Both the position numbers and the translations under genes were made by a program. The notes beneath the pieces were generated by a model. That model saw only the letters and a program-made list of their open reading frames with translations, was not told the DNA's origin and made no database searches. From Nageia nagi (Eukaryota; Plantae; Pinophyta), in the NCBI GenBank assembly GCA_050084985.1, contig JBITNC010000002.1, positions 15,748,001-15,812,000 of the forward strand: a DNA stretch of 64,000 nt, written 5' to 3'. This document shows, one piece after another, positions 1 through 12,700 of the stretch (position 1 is the stretch's first letter; every line of letters starts with the position of its first letter).

Positions 1-164
1 TAAGTTGTATACTTCAAGAGCCTTCTCATTGGTAGGAGCAACCAAGTCTTCACTAACTATCTGCCACAACTTCCTTGCTTGTAACTCGACTTTCATATGA
101 GGTTCCCATATTCCAAAGTTGGAACCGTCGAGTATATGCTTGGGAACAAAGGTTTCAATGATTG
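1..164 (-). pseudogene. gag: copia gag N-terminus of copy A
   Basis: Reads IIETFVPKHILDGSNFGIWEPHMKVELQARKLWQIVSEDLVAPTNEKALEVYNL, colinear with copy B MGDSFLSKHILDGSNFRI*KP*MRANL*EKKLW; no ATG at the aligned start. Confidence 0.85.
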
Positions 165-1634
165 CTACAAAAAAGAGTAAATATGCAATAAGAATGTAAA
201 CTTTTACAATTTTCCATCTATACATATAAAACATCTAATAAGCAAACATGTCCCACATGTGCAAACTTATTAACCACGATCCGTAGAAGGATAAAGTTGA
301 GGTTGTTTTCTTGTATAGAATTAGGCCTTCACCTGGATGCCCGTAAGGTGGAGCCCAGGTACTACCAGTCTTCAACCAGTTCACCTTGGTCAGTAATATA
401 CTCTCACTAGGAGAAGTACTAACTATTTTCCAAGGATCCGACGTATCTTGGACCGACCATTTTAATTATCTTGATTAAGGTTTTCAGTTTTCCTCCTAGG
501 TTATCAGGATAATCCCTGAATGGACATGCGGACATGTGGTATCACTACACACATGCCTGTCCACCTAATAGAGTTATGTCCAATCCAACAGAGGTCTTAG
601 GGGCAATTAAGACAGACTTACCATCACTTGGGTCTTTGAACTAAAAAGGCTCCAGTCTGCCCTATCCTCACCTCATGGCTCCCCAAACAAGTCATGTTGT
701 GGAAAAATAAGTGCAGATGTATTCATTTTAGGGGTTACTTTCAAGATTTTGCGTATTTGCAAGTATAAAGCAAATGTGCAAAAATATAAAGTAAAGTGAA
801 AATACTCCATCCACACAAACTTGAAACCTTAAGAGTCCAATGGGTTTTGTACTAACCCCTAAAGGACTTTTACATTTTTCATATTTTTGCTCAAGTTCAA
901 AAATAATGAATTTTACAAAGGCTAAGTCCTACTTAGCATTAATCCATAACTTAAACATGTATTATTCCATGACTTAAAATTAAGTAATAAACATGCATCA
1001 TGCATTTATTTAACTTAAAATTTTAAGTACTAAACATTCTTGATTCCTAACTAGGTTAAGAGGCATGCATTATAAACTTAGCATGCAAGATCCATAAAGA
1101 TTTAAGTAAAAAATTATAAAGATTCCCCCCATTTTTAGTTAAAGTGCTAAAACTTGGATGCCAAAAAAAAAAATTGTGTTTAAGTATGGTTCCTCCACGT
1201 GTTTTTCAAGTAATGTGTGATCCCTAAAAACTTGGATGCTATAATTGGGCTTTGAAATAGGCATGGTAAGTAAATAGGGCCTTTGTTTACTTAAAAAAAA
1301 GACTTAGGGAAAAAACCTTTAAATGTTTAATTTTGACCAAGGCAAAAAAAAATCAAATCAAATTTGTAGTGGGTAAAAAATTAAAGACTCAACAACTACA
1401 GTTGACAAAAAAAAATTTGAAGGGCCATGTGTAAGCCTCATGGAGGTGGAGAGGCTGGGCAGGGGTGGCAAGGGAGACCAAAGTGTGTAGAAGGGAGGTG
1501 AAGGTGGCAAGAGGAAGCCACGAAGGATGGTGGAGGTCACATGGGGTAGCCAGTTGGTGGTTGACCACCCAATGCACGACTTCAGGGCGGTGAGGGAGGA
1601 GGGTCACGTTTAAAAAAAGGGGCTCGTAGACTGG

Positions 1635-2290
1635 TTTATGCATATCCTACGATCATTGGAGTCCATGGAACGTTGAGCAGTTCAACATATCCGTGTTGGG
1701 CATATCCTACGATTATTGCAATGCATGAAGCGATGTCTTGGGAGGCACTTTCGATGATCAACATAGGCCATAGATAGGCCTGCATCGTGCATCTTGGCAA
1801 ATAAGTCATGTGCCTTATCTATGCTTCCATGGTCGTGCATCTATCTGGTGCATATCTTGCATGCATTGGAGCCCATGTAACGGTGTACACATCAAGCATC
1901 ACATTAAACAAGTCATTTGGTGCATATTTGATATGCATTTGCAGTCCATGGAACATGGTCTGCATCAGGGAGACGTTGCATGAGTGAAACGGTGTCTGCA
2001 GCATTTATCTTGGCAAACAACTCATGTGCCTTCCCTACACGTCCACCTGTGATCATTGCATTCCAGAAAATGGGGTCTGCATCATGCATCTTGGCAAATA
2101 ATTTACATGCCCGTGCAACATAGCTATTTTGGGCATAGTCTGCGAGCATCGACAGGACGTGGAGGAGGCCAGAAGATTGCATCTTTGTGATAGAGACCAA
2201 TTCGCATATCCATTTTGTGCATAGCCCGTGATCATGGCATCGTGAGGAGGCAATTTGTATGCATTTTGTCAAACAGTTCGCGCGAAGCCT
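1635..2290 (-). pseudogene. Mosaic of PLS-class PPR gene fragments inside the copia leader
   Basis: Frame-switching fragments: ASRELFDKMH, DAMITGYAQNGYA, DYAQNSYVARACKLFAKMHDADPIFWNAMITG, GRVGKAHELFAKINAADTVS, DADHVPWTA, DLFNVMLDVYTVTWAPMHARYA, DKAHDLFAKMHDA, IAIIVGYAQHGYVE, VPWTPMIVGYA. All match the A(R/H)ELFDKM-xx-(D/N)VVSWNAMIxGYAQxG consensus. Confidence 0.88.
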
Positions 2291-2364
2291 ATTTTTGATT
2301 TATTCGACCCCCCCCAAATTTAATAAATTTTTATATGATTTATTTAATCGTGACCCTCTAAATA

Positions 2365-2506
2365 TTTTATAATATATATTTTTTGATTATATTTTAAATA
2401 AATTTAAAATAAAAAATATATATATATATATAATATATATATATATTTTTTTTTTTGATTATATTTTAAACAAATTTAAAATAAAAATATATATATATAT
2501 ATATTA
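2365..2506. repeat. Local duplication with (TA)n tracts
   Basis: TTTTTTGATTATATTTTAAA(T/C)AAATTTAAAATAAAAA followed by (AT)n occurs twice. Confidence 0.85.
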
Positions 2507-3043
2507 TGGTGCCTTTGAAATTTTGTAGTAGAACTAAAAAAAAAAGAAACAAGTATCCTCCTCTCATTTTTTGTAAATGTTCATGCCTTTGCTTAGGAAC
2601 ATATCAATAACTCACTAATGGTAGTATATATGAGAAATTTCACAATAATATATTACTATTTTTAAGCAAATAGTAATAACATAAAGAATGTTAGTATATA
2701 TTGCAATTTTCATCATATATTGGTATTTAAGCAAATGTTGTGATAAATTGAACCAACACATACATTTAAGTTCAATATAATATGAAAAAAAAATACAATT
2801 TTTGTATACTAACCCTTTTTAAAAGAATTATAGCAATTTAAAAATTGCAAGTAACATAGAGGATTAGTAAAAAAAATTGCAACTTGTTAATCATAATTTA
2901 AAAGGACTAACACATAGCAAGTAATGTGTTAGTAGCATCATGTAATAATCCATAAAATAACCAAATGAGGAGGAAATTTATACCTTCTCTTGGAATTTAC
3001 CTCACCAATGGAGTGTAAGATGAGGAAAGATCACCAAAATGTT

Positions 3044-3202
3044 GAAGATGAGCTTCCACACCAAAAAGAGCTTCTACACCAAGAAGAAGAGCTTCCACAT
3101 CAAGAAGAAGAGCTTCCACACCAAGAAGAGCTTCTACACCAAGAAGAAGAGCTTCCACACCAAGAAGAGCTTCTACACCAAGAAGAAGAGCTTCCACACC
3201 AA
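3044..3202. repeat. Minisatellite of 8 units (18/21 bp) abutting the PBS
   Basis: (GAA)1-2GAGCTTC(C/T)ACACCAA repeated 8 times, with a largely alternating 39-bp higher-order pattern. Confidence 0.95.
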
Positions 3203-3214
3203 GCTCTGATACCA
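3203..3214 (-). promoter_or_regulatory. Primer-binding site (tRNA-iMet) of copia A
   Basis: + strand GCTCTGATACCA = TGGTATCAGAGC on minus, 2 nt from the LTR end. Confidence 0.95.
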
Positions 3215-3216
3215 AT

Positions 3217-3698
3217 TGAAGGATTTAGACTAGATCTAAACAAATCCTCAAGGACCAAGACTAGGAAACTCAATCATACACAAGATAACACCATTCACAC
3301 AAGATAACACAAGTGTAATGTGGTTCCTCCCTCCTTGGGAGTACATCCACAACTAGTATCTCAATTCTCAAGTATGCCCCTCTTACAACTATTCTCTTCC
3401 TCTCCTACACAACTAGTAGAGTAATCTTACTCCAAAAACTTAGTTATGTTACAAGAGGAGAGGCCCTCTATTTATAGCTTGAGAGCACCTCCCTAACCTC
3501 CCTTTAACCCAAGGGTAAGGTTAGGGTTACAATAAATGTATCACCTAACTTTAACCTACCAACTAACCACTTGGTAAAGTCAAAGTCTACATATTAAAGA
3601 ATTCAATTAATCCCTTAAGGTATCTACATACCCTTAAGTGATTAATTGAATTTACAAGGAGTTTAGATATTCACAATATTTCATTACAAATTCTAACA
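3217..3698 (-). repeat. 5' LTR of copia A (482 bp)
   Basis: TG...CA termini; start TGTTAGAATTTGTAATGAAATATTGTGAAT resembles copy B TGTTGGAATGTATAATGCATTATTGTGAAT; TATAAATA at 3476-3469. Confidence 0.88.
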
Positions 3699-4369
3699 CA
3701 ATTGAGGTAATTAAGAAATCCTATTTAGGATGATAAAGTCATACATTTTGTGCTTTCCATAAGGTGTGATGTTTTTACAAACATCGCTTGATTATCATGT
3801 TAAACCAAAACTATTGAGATTAGTCTTTAACACTCGAAGGGGATATGAGAAAATATCATGTAAGAAACATTGGAATGTTCTTGTTTATGCATTGACGTCA
3901 CCTAGTAGCATGATATCATCCAAGAGGGAGAATCTAGAGATCTCAAGATAAAGATTTAGGTTGGGTGAATCATCATCATCTACAACAGAATGTGATAAAT
4001 AATTAAGAGGGAAGTAACATATAACTATATAAATATATTTAAATGTTGGCCTCCTATCAAGAGAGATTCATATGTATTTAACATGGAAATTTGAGCATTC
4101 TAAATTAATGCATAAAGTCAAGTGCTCATGGTATAAGCAAGTAACACCTTCAACTTGCCTTTAGTACCTTGGCGAGTCTCTATTCTATAAGTAGAAAATC
4201 AAGAATAATATGTATAGGATGATAATAGTTTCAATTGTATTTCATGTGTTTCAGTGAGAAGGATGAGATCCATTGCACCAATTACATCATTCAATGAACA
4301 AGAAGAAGAGAACAAAAACTCAAAATAATTTTGGTAAAGAGAAAATGAGTCTCATCTTCTATGGCATTT

Positions 4370-6250
4370 AGGTTATAAAAACTTGTAAATTCTTTTATCT
4401 CATGGTGTTTTAGATATCATCCATCTACACTCTTGAATGTGTATTGATTAAGAAGAAAATTATAATAATATGCACTCATGCAATTAGAAAAAATATATAT
4501 TTTTAGGACTTTGGGGAGAATACCATATTTAAGGAAGTCTTTAATTTGTGAATACTAGGTGTTAGATAATAGAGTATCATGATAATAATGTACATATAAG
4601 GTTTTAGGTGATTCATATTAATGAGGTTGATGAAGGGGATACTTTTTTGAGGTATGAAGGTTTAGTGAGCTTGTTAATAAAAATATAAGTTTAGTTTTGG
4701 TGGGCTCAATGGAAGGAGAAATCCTAGGGAAGCCATAGCTTTAATAAATCATTTATTGGTTCTCAATGTAACTTTTATGTTATATATTATGATGTAGGTC
4801 AATAAAGTATCAATAAAATGCTTGAATATTTCATTTTTTAGATTAACAAGCTTCCTTTACTTGATTGGCTATTAATTGCAAGTCATTGATAATCTTGAGA
4901 GATTTACATTCAAGGGTTATGAATGCTTTTAAACATGGGATAAGAGATTCATGTTTAGCTATATTATTTATACATTAAAGTTAAAATTGTAGGAGAAAGG
5001 GATCTGTTCACCTCAATGTGTTTTAAGGATGAATCTTACACCACTCTCTTTATCATATTTTGATCCATCAAAATGAATACTTGTATTATAGTCATCCTTG
5101 TGATCTACATCCTTGTATTCTTCTTCAAAATTGAAGATTAGTTAATCAAGAAGGTTTATAACTAAAGGATGTTCATCTTGAATAAGAGATTTTGCTAGAT
5201 GATCAATTATAACTTGACCTTTTACTACTTTTTAGCTAATGAATTTGAGATTGAACTTTGATAAAAAGAATCATCCATTTTAAGATGTTATGATAGGTTT
5301 TATTCATTACCTACTTTAAAATGATCCATCTTGGTGACTTTGTAAGTTTTTTGGTTTAGCATGTAGTGCCAAAGATTATTAATTGTGAAGATTATCGCTA
5401 AATAGAGCTTTTCAATGTAAGCATATTTGACTTTGTAATTGATAAGTGTGTTTTTAATGTAATATATTGTTTGTTCTTTATTGGTTTCAATCTTTTGAGC
5501 TAACATACCACCATAGCTATTTTGGTTATTGAAATACATACAAGGAAAGTTAGGTGTTATTTTGGTGATGACAAAATAGCAGGTGAGAATAGATATTTCT
5601 TAATTGATTCAAAATTTCTCTTGATCCTTTTTATTCCATTTCAAAGTCACCCCCTTCTTGAACATTTGATTCAAAGGTTTACATTTGTCAGATATTAGAG
5701 CTATGAATCATCTTATGGCTTGAACTATTTTATAGGCTTTGATGCTTTTTGATATTATAAGTTAAGGGCATTTCTACGATAACTTTTTTTATTTTATTTA
5801 GGTCCACCTTTATGCCCCTTTATGATATAATGAAATCTAGTAATTTTGTTGATGCGATACCACAAATGAATTTCTTTTGATTCAATCCAACATTATGTTA
5901 TGGGAGTCCATCAAAGATCTTTTGTAAAGTTGTTGTATGTTGGTCACATGTTTTGGGTTTTGCTAATAACTAATCAACATAATCCTCAATCGTGTCATGC
6001 ATGTAGTCAAGTAAACTAAATATCATAGCCCTTTGATAATTGTATTAATTTTTTTTTAATAAGAAGGATATTATCTTATTACAAAATACCCCATATGGTG
6101 TGATAGATGAAGTTTTGTTTTGATCTTCAAGAGCAAATCAAATTTGGTTATTTCCAAAAGATCTAACCATAAAAGAGAGCATTTTATGACTAACACAAGA
6201 GTATAATATTTTCTCAATATTTTGTAAAGAAAAGTTATTCATAGAACATA
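4370..6250 (-). mobile_element. Decayed Ty3/gypsy pol remnant, Tat-like (RT, RNase H, additional RNase H, start of integrase)
   Basis: Minus-strand remnants: EDQNKTSSITPYGVFC, YQRAMIF..MHDTIEDYVD (RT); YAYIEKLYLAIIF..LWHYML (RH); HFDGS and NNIAKHESLI (second RNase H typical of Tat). Many stops. Confidence 0.75.
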
Positions 6251-7669
6251 TCTTATTACAATAGGCCCATGAATATTGGGTTTCATATTCAGTGATCGCT
6301 GTTGAAAGGAAAGAAGACTAATATGGGTAATCAAAATTAGGTAATTTGATTCCTCGTAAACGTAATAACGACACACTTGTTGATGCGACATATTCTCTAA
6401 GTGATGGAGGGATTAAGAGGCCTTGATGTTGAATCACCTTCTAGAAGTGCTCCCATGTCTCCATTGGCTTCTCTCATAACCCTTCCCCATTACTACAACA
6501 TCATATAAACATCACACATTAACTTCTCCCTATTACTACTCCAATGGCATTCGAGGAGGGGGGAAGGGGCGAATGTCACTTTCTTATGAGAATCAAAAAT
6601 ATATCTTCCATAGATAAGTAACCCCTATTCTAATTCAAGCCTCCCCATGCTATTGCAAGTCCCATATTGAGAGAGTGAAGAGAGATGCGTTATGTTATCA
6701 TATAAGTCCGTTGAAACCAATCTTTTATGCGGAATTCCTACACCCTTGGCTACGGGATCATCGAAATAATGAAAGATATCATGTCATAAAATTCAATATA
6801 GATTCAGATAATCCTTATCTTTTTAGCTACTATTAAGATATTGGAGACCCATTGAAGACAATCAATTGATTATGTTATTTTTGATATGTCTTATTGAATT
6901 TTTATTTAAGCATTTTGATAATAAATTTTTGAATATCATGATATATAATTATAATGAAATCTAAACCACCATGTAAAATTAAACATGCTTATCCTAACGA
7001 TAACCCTGTTAAAGTTAAAAGCTATGTTTATGATTAAACAATAAGGGTAAGGTCCCATATAGGGGAGCTTCCTAAAAAAATAGACGAGAGTACTCCTTAT
7101 ATTTTTTAGGAATATTTTTAAGTTAGTGGTTCCATGAATTAAGTATGGATTTCAACTTAAAAATTCAAACTTCAAAATTTAAGGATTATTTTCCTTTCTT
7201 AATTTTTCCCTCCATTTTATTTAGGTTAAAATATATAGACAAATGTCATAAAAATTTCCTAATTTTTTTTTAAATTTTCTAAGGGAAAAATAATTTTCTA
7301 TCCTCCTTTTTCACCAATTTAAATATGCAACCTTAAAAAATAACTACTACTATTTTTTAATAATCTTGTAACATAAATGATTTTACTTCATAAAACTAAA
7401 CATAAATTATTTTAATTCATGAAACCTCGTAACTCCATAAAAATAAATACTATAACGCCCACCGCATGAACACGTCCAACGAAAAATTTGAATTTTAGCT
7501 CTACCTGTTGAAACCTGTAAAAAACGCAGACTCACACCACTTGAACTACCACTGGAGAACCATATCACTGCTGCAATATTGTTTACTTTTGAAGAGAGAC
7601 TGTCATCCGGGATGCTTCGATACAGCTAAACCCTTCAGGAGAAGAGAATCAATTTTTTCTGCTTTGCCC

Positions 7670-8870
7670 ATGGCTGTGACCAGATTTCTTCACCATTTAC
7701 TCTCGGGCCGCACACGGTCATTGCCATGGATTTCACATTCCTATTTGCTGGAATGCTTCTCAACCCTAGCCAAGGATGAGTCTAATATCAATCCCATCAA
7801 CAAGACAAATTCTCGAAATCTCTTTGCAGAGTTCGCTGGCAAGAAATTTAACCTCTCTGCGGTCTATATTGCACGGATTTTCAAAAATGTCCCCTCTTTG
7901 CAGAATCTCGAAACCCTAAAAAAGGTGGAGCTATTTGTGGACATGTTGAGTAGACATGGCTTAAACCACAACCAGATCGCAGAAATAATTATGAAGCAGC
8001 CCACGGTTACGAAGGTCAGCGCTGAAAGACTACTGGAGCCTAAGCTTCGATTTTTGAAGGATTTCGGCATTTAAGTGGAAGACCTCGCATCTATGCTGGT
8101 GCGCAGGCCGAGAATCTTGTCCGTGAGCGTCGAAAACAACATTCAACCTAACATGGCGTTTTTTGGAAGACGTATCTCAGACCAAAGATTTGCTCATTAA
8201 AGCCCTCCTAAGCAACCCCATCATTCTGGTGCAAAACCTCTAAAAAAAACCCTAAAACCCTCGTTTGCATTTTGGGAGGGATTTGGTTTGAACAGAAAGG
8301 AGCTCTCAAAACTTTTATTGTTGTATCCCAGCCTTCTGTTGTTCTCTTCATTGACGCCTGCTAAAGCTGAAATCATGAGCAAGATCGGCATGACGACGGA
8401 TAGCAAAATGTATAAATACGTTTTTTATGATGGTGGTTAAAACCCGCCTGGAAACGTTGGAGAGCAAAATTCATAACCTTCAACAGTGTGGACTCACGGC
8501 CGAGGAAACTATGGAGTTGTTTAGAACGTCTCCTTATGTCTTTGGTTTGTCTAAGGAAAAGGTTCGGCAAAACATGGACTTTATAGTTAATAATATTGAG
8601 CTCCCTGCAAATTCAGTGGTGAAGGACTCACACTTGTTACATTGTAGTCTGGATAAGGTTTTGAAGCCTAGGTTCTTAGTTTGGCAGAAACTCAAATCCA
8701 TTGGTGGGGGCATCAACATCAAGTCGTTTTTTACTGTGCTGAGAATGAGCGAAGCAAGTTTTTTTAGCAAGATCGTAAAGGGACATCCTGAATATGCAAT
8801 ACTATGTGCAATTTATCAGGAGGCCCTTGCTGATGCCTTAAGCACTACAAAAATTTCAAGGAAAGTTTAG
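7670..8870 (+). pseudogene. mTERF-family gene, disrupted
   Basis: Transit-peptide-like MAVTRFLHHLL; mTERF repeats (QIAEIIMKQPTV..LLEPKLRFLKDFG, LESKIHNLQQCGL, LLHCSLDKVLKPRF). TAA stops at 8072 and 8241; frameshifts in T6 (8159-8164), A8 (8242-8249) and T6 (8421-8426). Confidence 0.88.
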
Positions 8871-11800
8871 TATTTTTCGCTTTTGATCTTTTTGTATCAA
8901 AATATAAGCAAGTGAGACTCAGGGATCAAATATAATCTGTAGCTGGTTGATTATGGAATTATCTTATGTTTTGAATGGCCAACACAGTCATCTTTTGCAA
9001 GCCTTGCAAAAGAGGACAAATACAGTCCTTTCACACAACAGTATTTGCTAAACATGTTCTCCCTCATGGAATGACCATCATGTGACTAAGGTCTAATTGC
9101 TCTTGAAGAGAGGTATGTAAACATATGCTAGATTTCTTAAGCGAATTTTTAACTGGTTATGCTGCAAAATTTGATGGAATTGCTAAAATTTTAAGAGATT
9201 GAGGTTTTATAACAAATAAAACTCCATTTAACAGAAATTTGTGTTTATGTCTGCATCGGTATCCATGCCAGAACAAGGAGTGGATTGTTACTTAGTAACA
9301 AGATACTTCTTGTATACACATTTTTTATCCGTGATTACCATGTGAAAGCATGGACTGTTTCATTGTGTGCTAACTATTAACTTAATAAAACTAGTTTAAC
9401 CTTCGTAGATTCATTTCGAAAGACTGACATTCCCTCAAGATCCTTCGGTTGCCAGAGTGGTTTATTTAAGGCAACAAAAATATTATGTTATTGAAATTTA
9501 CTTAGTAATGGAGGGGATATCCGTCATGATCATTTGGTTGCCACAGTAGTTTATTTAAGGCAGCAAATGTATTACTATGAAATTTACTTGAAGTAATGGA
9601 AGGGGATCTCAATAGGTTTGATATTTAGGATTTGTTTCATCTATATCCAACACATGAATCGCATGTCATTAGTAGAACCTCACTACAAATTGTTTCACAT
9701 GAGTCAATTTTCTTCTTTAATTACCACTTATGACAAGTACCTGCATATTGATCAATAGTTAATAGTTTGACAGAGAGTTGAAAACTTAAGAAATAGCGTT
9801 GCATAGTTAAGCATTTAAAAGGACTGGCCAATAGTCTAATTGCAAATTCAGCTTTAAATTTTTTTCTCATAGCTTGCGAGCACTAATGAAAATTACTAAA
9901 AAAAAGTGTATATTGAAATTGAATAATTCTATGGGCTTTCTTATATGCACATTAAAGTGATGTATCTAGTTTACAGTAAAATAATTTTCTAATGCTATCT
10001 CAGCATGTTTGAAGTATATCGTTTAGGTTTGTATCCTTTGATGTAGTTGACCACATAATCACATCACCACCAGTAACAGTCCAGGAAAAATTCTACCTGA
10101 TACAAATTGGATGTATCGATTATATAAAGAATATGTGAAACAAGCTTAATATTAATTTTGTAATCACATTTATTTTTTCTCTTCTCTTCCTCATCTTGTC
10201 GGCATAAATAAAATTATACTTGTTTTGAGCAAATATTCAAGCTTCATAAATTGCTAACTGCTTGAACCTTTTGTACATATATCCAATTCTTAGACTCCAT
10301 TGTTTTTGTTATAATATGGTTTTTGTGAGAATGAATACTGATATTACGTGGATGATTTTTCTGGTTTTATCTGTGTGCATATGATTTTAGCTCCTCCACA
10401 TGCATTTCTTTAATTCAAGATTCAGTTTTTTAATTTTAATTGTTGCCTTTATATTTGTTGTGCTCTTAAATTACGTCTATTCAAATTGATTTAGTTGTAC
10501 GATTACATGATGTATATTAATCTTGATTTAGTGTTTCTGGATAAACCTTGAGTGGTTTGTTCTAGGTTCAAATTGCAAGAAACTATTTGGAAGATAACAA
10601 GACACTTAACCCTGGGCAAATCCTGAGTGGATTGCAATAATGAATAAACACTATGGAGGCTTGAAACAGAGGAATGTTGTCATGTTGGTTGGTATTTGTT
10701 TTAATAGCATGACTTTGAATGTTAGACAATATTGTGGTGTTCACACATATTGGGACTTCATGTTTCAGTGTTAGAGTTTTGATAATTCCTTTTTAATTCA
10801 GATTTTTTTCTATTGAAGTGATAATCCAATTTGTTTATTATCAATAAGCAAATAAGAAAAATAAGAACATTGTTTTATTATTCTTGATGACAACTTTTCA
10901 AATAAATTACAATCCTTGTACACTTTGCATATTCATCCTACATGTGTAGCTTACGACTATTGGCCAATTCATCCCGAGAACCAGCTTTCTAGTCATAAAA
11001 ACTTCCTATGAACTGCTAACCAATTTCAATTGTCAGTTCTCCGTGGAGGCGGCATTCTTCGACACCTAGGCCAAAAATGCTTCTCGTTGGAAGTACACTT
11101 TCAACCAAATCAATTAGGTGCTTCTTGAAAATTGAAGATTGTATATTTTGTTAAAGAAAAAATTCCTGTAAGCTCTGCGTAGGCATATGTTTTTAAAAAT
11201 TTATTGCAAAAATTCCATTCAACAGGTTCACATACTTCAAATTTGGTATCTATGCCCACCAAACTCTTGTTATTCTATTTGCTAAAGTGCTAAAATTAAA
11301 ATGCTTCTTTTACCGGTTTTCAATTATGGTTGTTCATTTTTGAAGCTTAAATAATTAATCTATTATGTTCTTCTTGATAAGTATATTTATGACCATCAAG
11401 AAAACTCATTCAATTTGACCAAAATATGGATTAAAATATGTTCTTACATTTGTTTAACGATGGTTCCTCTTCATTGAAGGATAAATAATTCATGTGTTAT
11501 GCTATGCTTGAAAAAACTTCTAATTCATGGTGATTCCCATGCTAGTTGGGAGTTCTACCAATCCACATGTGATAATAGGGATGTTGGTTGGGAGTTCTAC
11601 GAGCGACAACATCCATGTACAACTATATCAGAAGAGGGGAATGACCTTGTTGTTGTACCCTACTTGTGATTTTGTTGGGCTTTCTCCCTTATAATAATAA
11701 ACAAGGGGAACATTGCAAGGAAGTCATCTAACTATGCAAGGAGTGGTATCCATTTCATTTCCATCTCAAATGAATAACTAATAATAATGTGGGAATGAAA

Positions 11801-12059
11801 TAAATACATTGATCGATGATGTTGACCCCAAATCAATTATATAAATAGGGCTCTAGTCCCCAATGGAGGGAGTTACCTTGAGATAGGGGATTGCACAAGC
11901 ACCTAATCTTCCTTAGGGAAGAATTAAATTGGGTTGAATGCATACAATCCCTCTTTTTCAAGAGGCCTCCAATTATTATTATTGAAAGGGGAAATCCTAG
12001 GAAAGGGTTATAATAATAGGAAACTTTATTGAATTTGACAAGTAGGTAATTTAAGACAT

Positions 12060-12700
12060 GCATGGGAACAAGAAGCCATCACTTATATTCCTTAACATTT
12101 GTTGTATGACATCAATGACTCCTGGCTTGATGAAATACACTCTTAGCTCTCAAATCCACAATGTAGCTTGCAAGTAAGAGTATTCATTAGTGTTGGTATT
12201 AAGAGGCCATTAATCTCTTGAGATCCACAAGCTTAACATTGATAAACTTCCAACTTCCTAACTTTATGAAAAGACCTCTAGTCTCTTTACTAGAGACATC
12301 AACTAAGGGATCATGAAGGAAATATATTTGGCTTACTTGAGGTCAACTTGTATTAAACCAAAAAAACCGCTTTCTCCAAATTTCTCACATAATCATCATA
12401 TATACATGAGATTGGAGAATGGTGATATTGTCATTCTTGATCACATCAAATTACATATATCACATGACCTCATATTCCTTCTTAGTCAAATGAGGGTTTG
12501 CTCACACCATCTTCGTATTGAGACATATCACCATATCCCTAAAGACCAATGTGTCTTCATGTTACTAAAATTTTAAGGAACATTTATATTCATTTGCCCC
12601 ATGTACTATGAGATTTGTGTTCGATACCATTGTTTATTTAGAGGCACCCATATTTTGAAATCATGGATGAGTTACGATGATAAAAATTTCTACCTCAAAC
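12060..12700 (+). mobile_element. 3' remnant of a non-L1 LINE (RTEX/L2-like ORF2 C-terminus)
   Basis: LSQMRVCSHHLRIETYHHIPKDQC...CPMYYEI resembles the R-x-SSH-x-L-x-IETG...C..C...HF...CP.Y.-type end of such LINEs. Confidence 0.5.

Larger units (their letters stand above)
1..3698 (-). mobile_element. Ty1/copia LTR retrotransposon copy A, 5' part (LTR, PBS, ~3-kb leader, start of gag); runs off the left edge
   Basis: LTR 3698-3217 starts TGTTAGAAT and ends CA; PBS TGGTATCAGAGC lies 2 nt inside; gag N-terminus near position 160; blocks homologous to copy B (2940-3005 vs 41725-41790; 320-880 vs 43760-44340). Confidence 0.93.

Noticed and set aside
2990-3307. ORF with EEELPHQ repeats as a real protein, or the array as CRISPR-like
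   Set aside because: It is antisense to the copia leader, spans the PBS and LTR, and is open only because units are multiples of 3. There are no unique spacers and no cas genes.
6295-6790. Possible solo LTR
   Set aside because: No TSD, PBS, PPT or second copy could be identified.
7508-7669. Upstream extension of the mTERF ORF
   Set aside because: It begins at TTG; the first ATG in frame, with a transit-peptide-like sequence, is at 7670.
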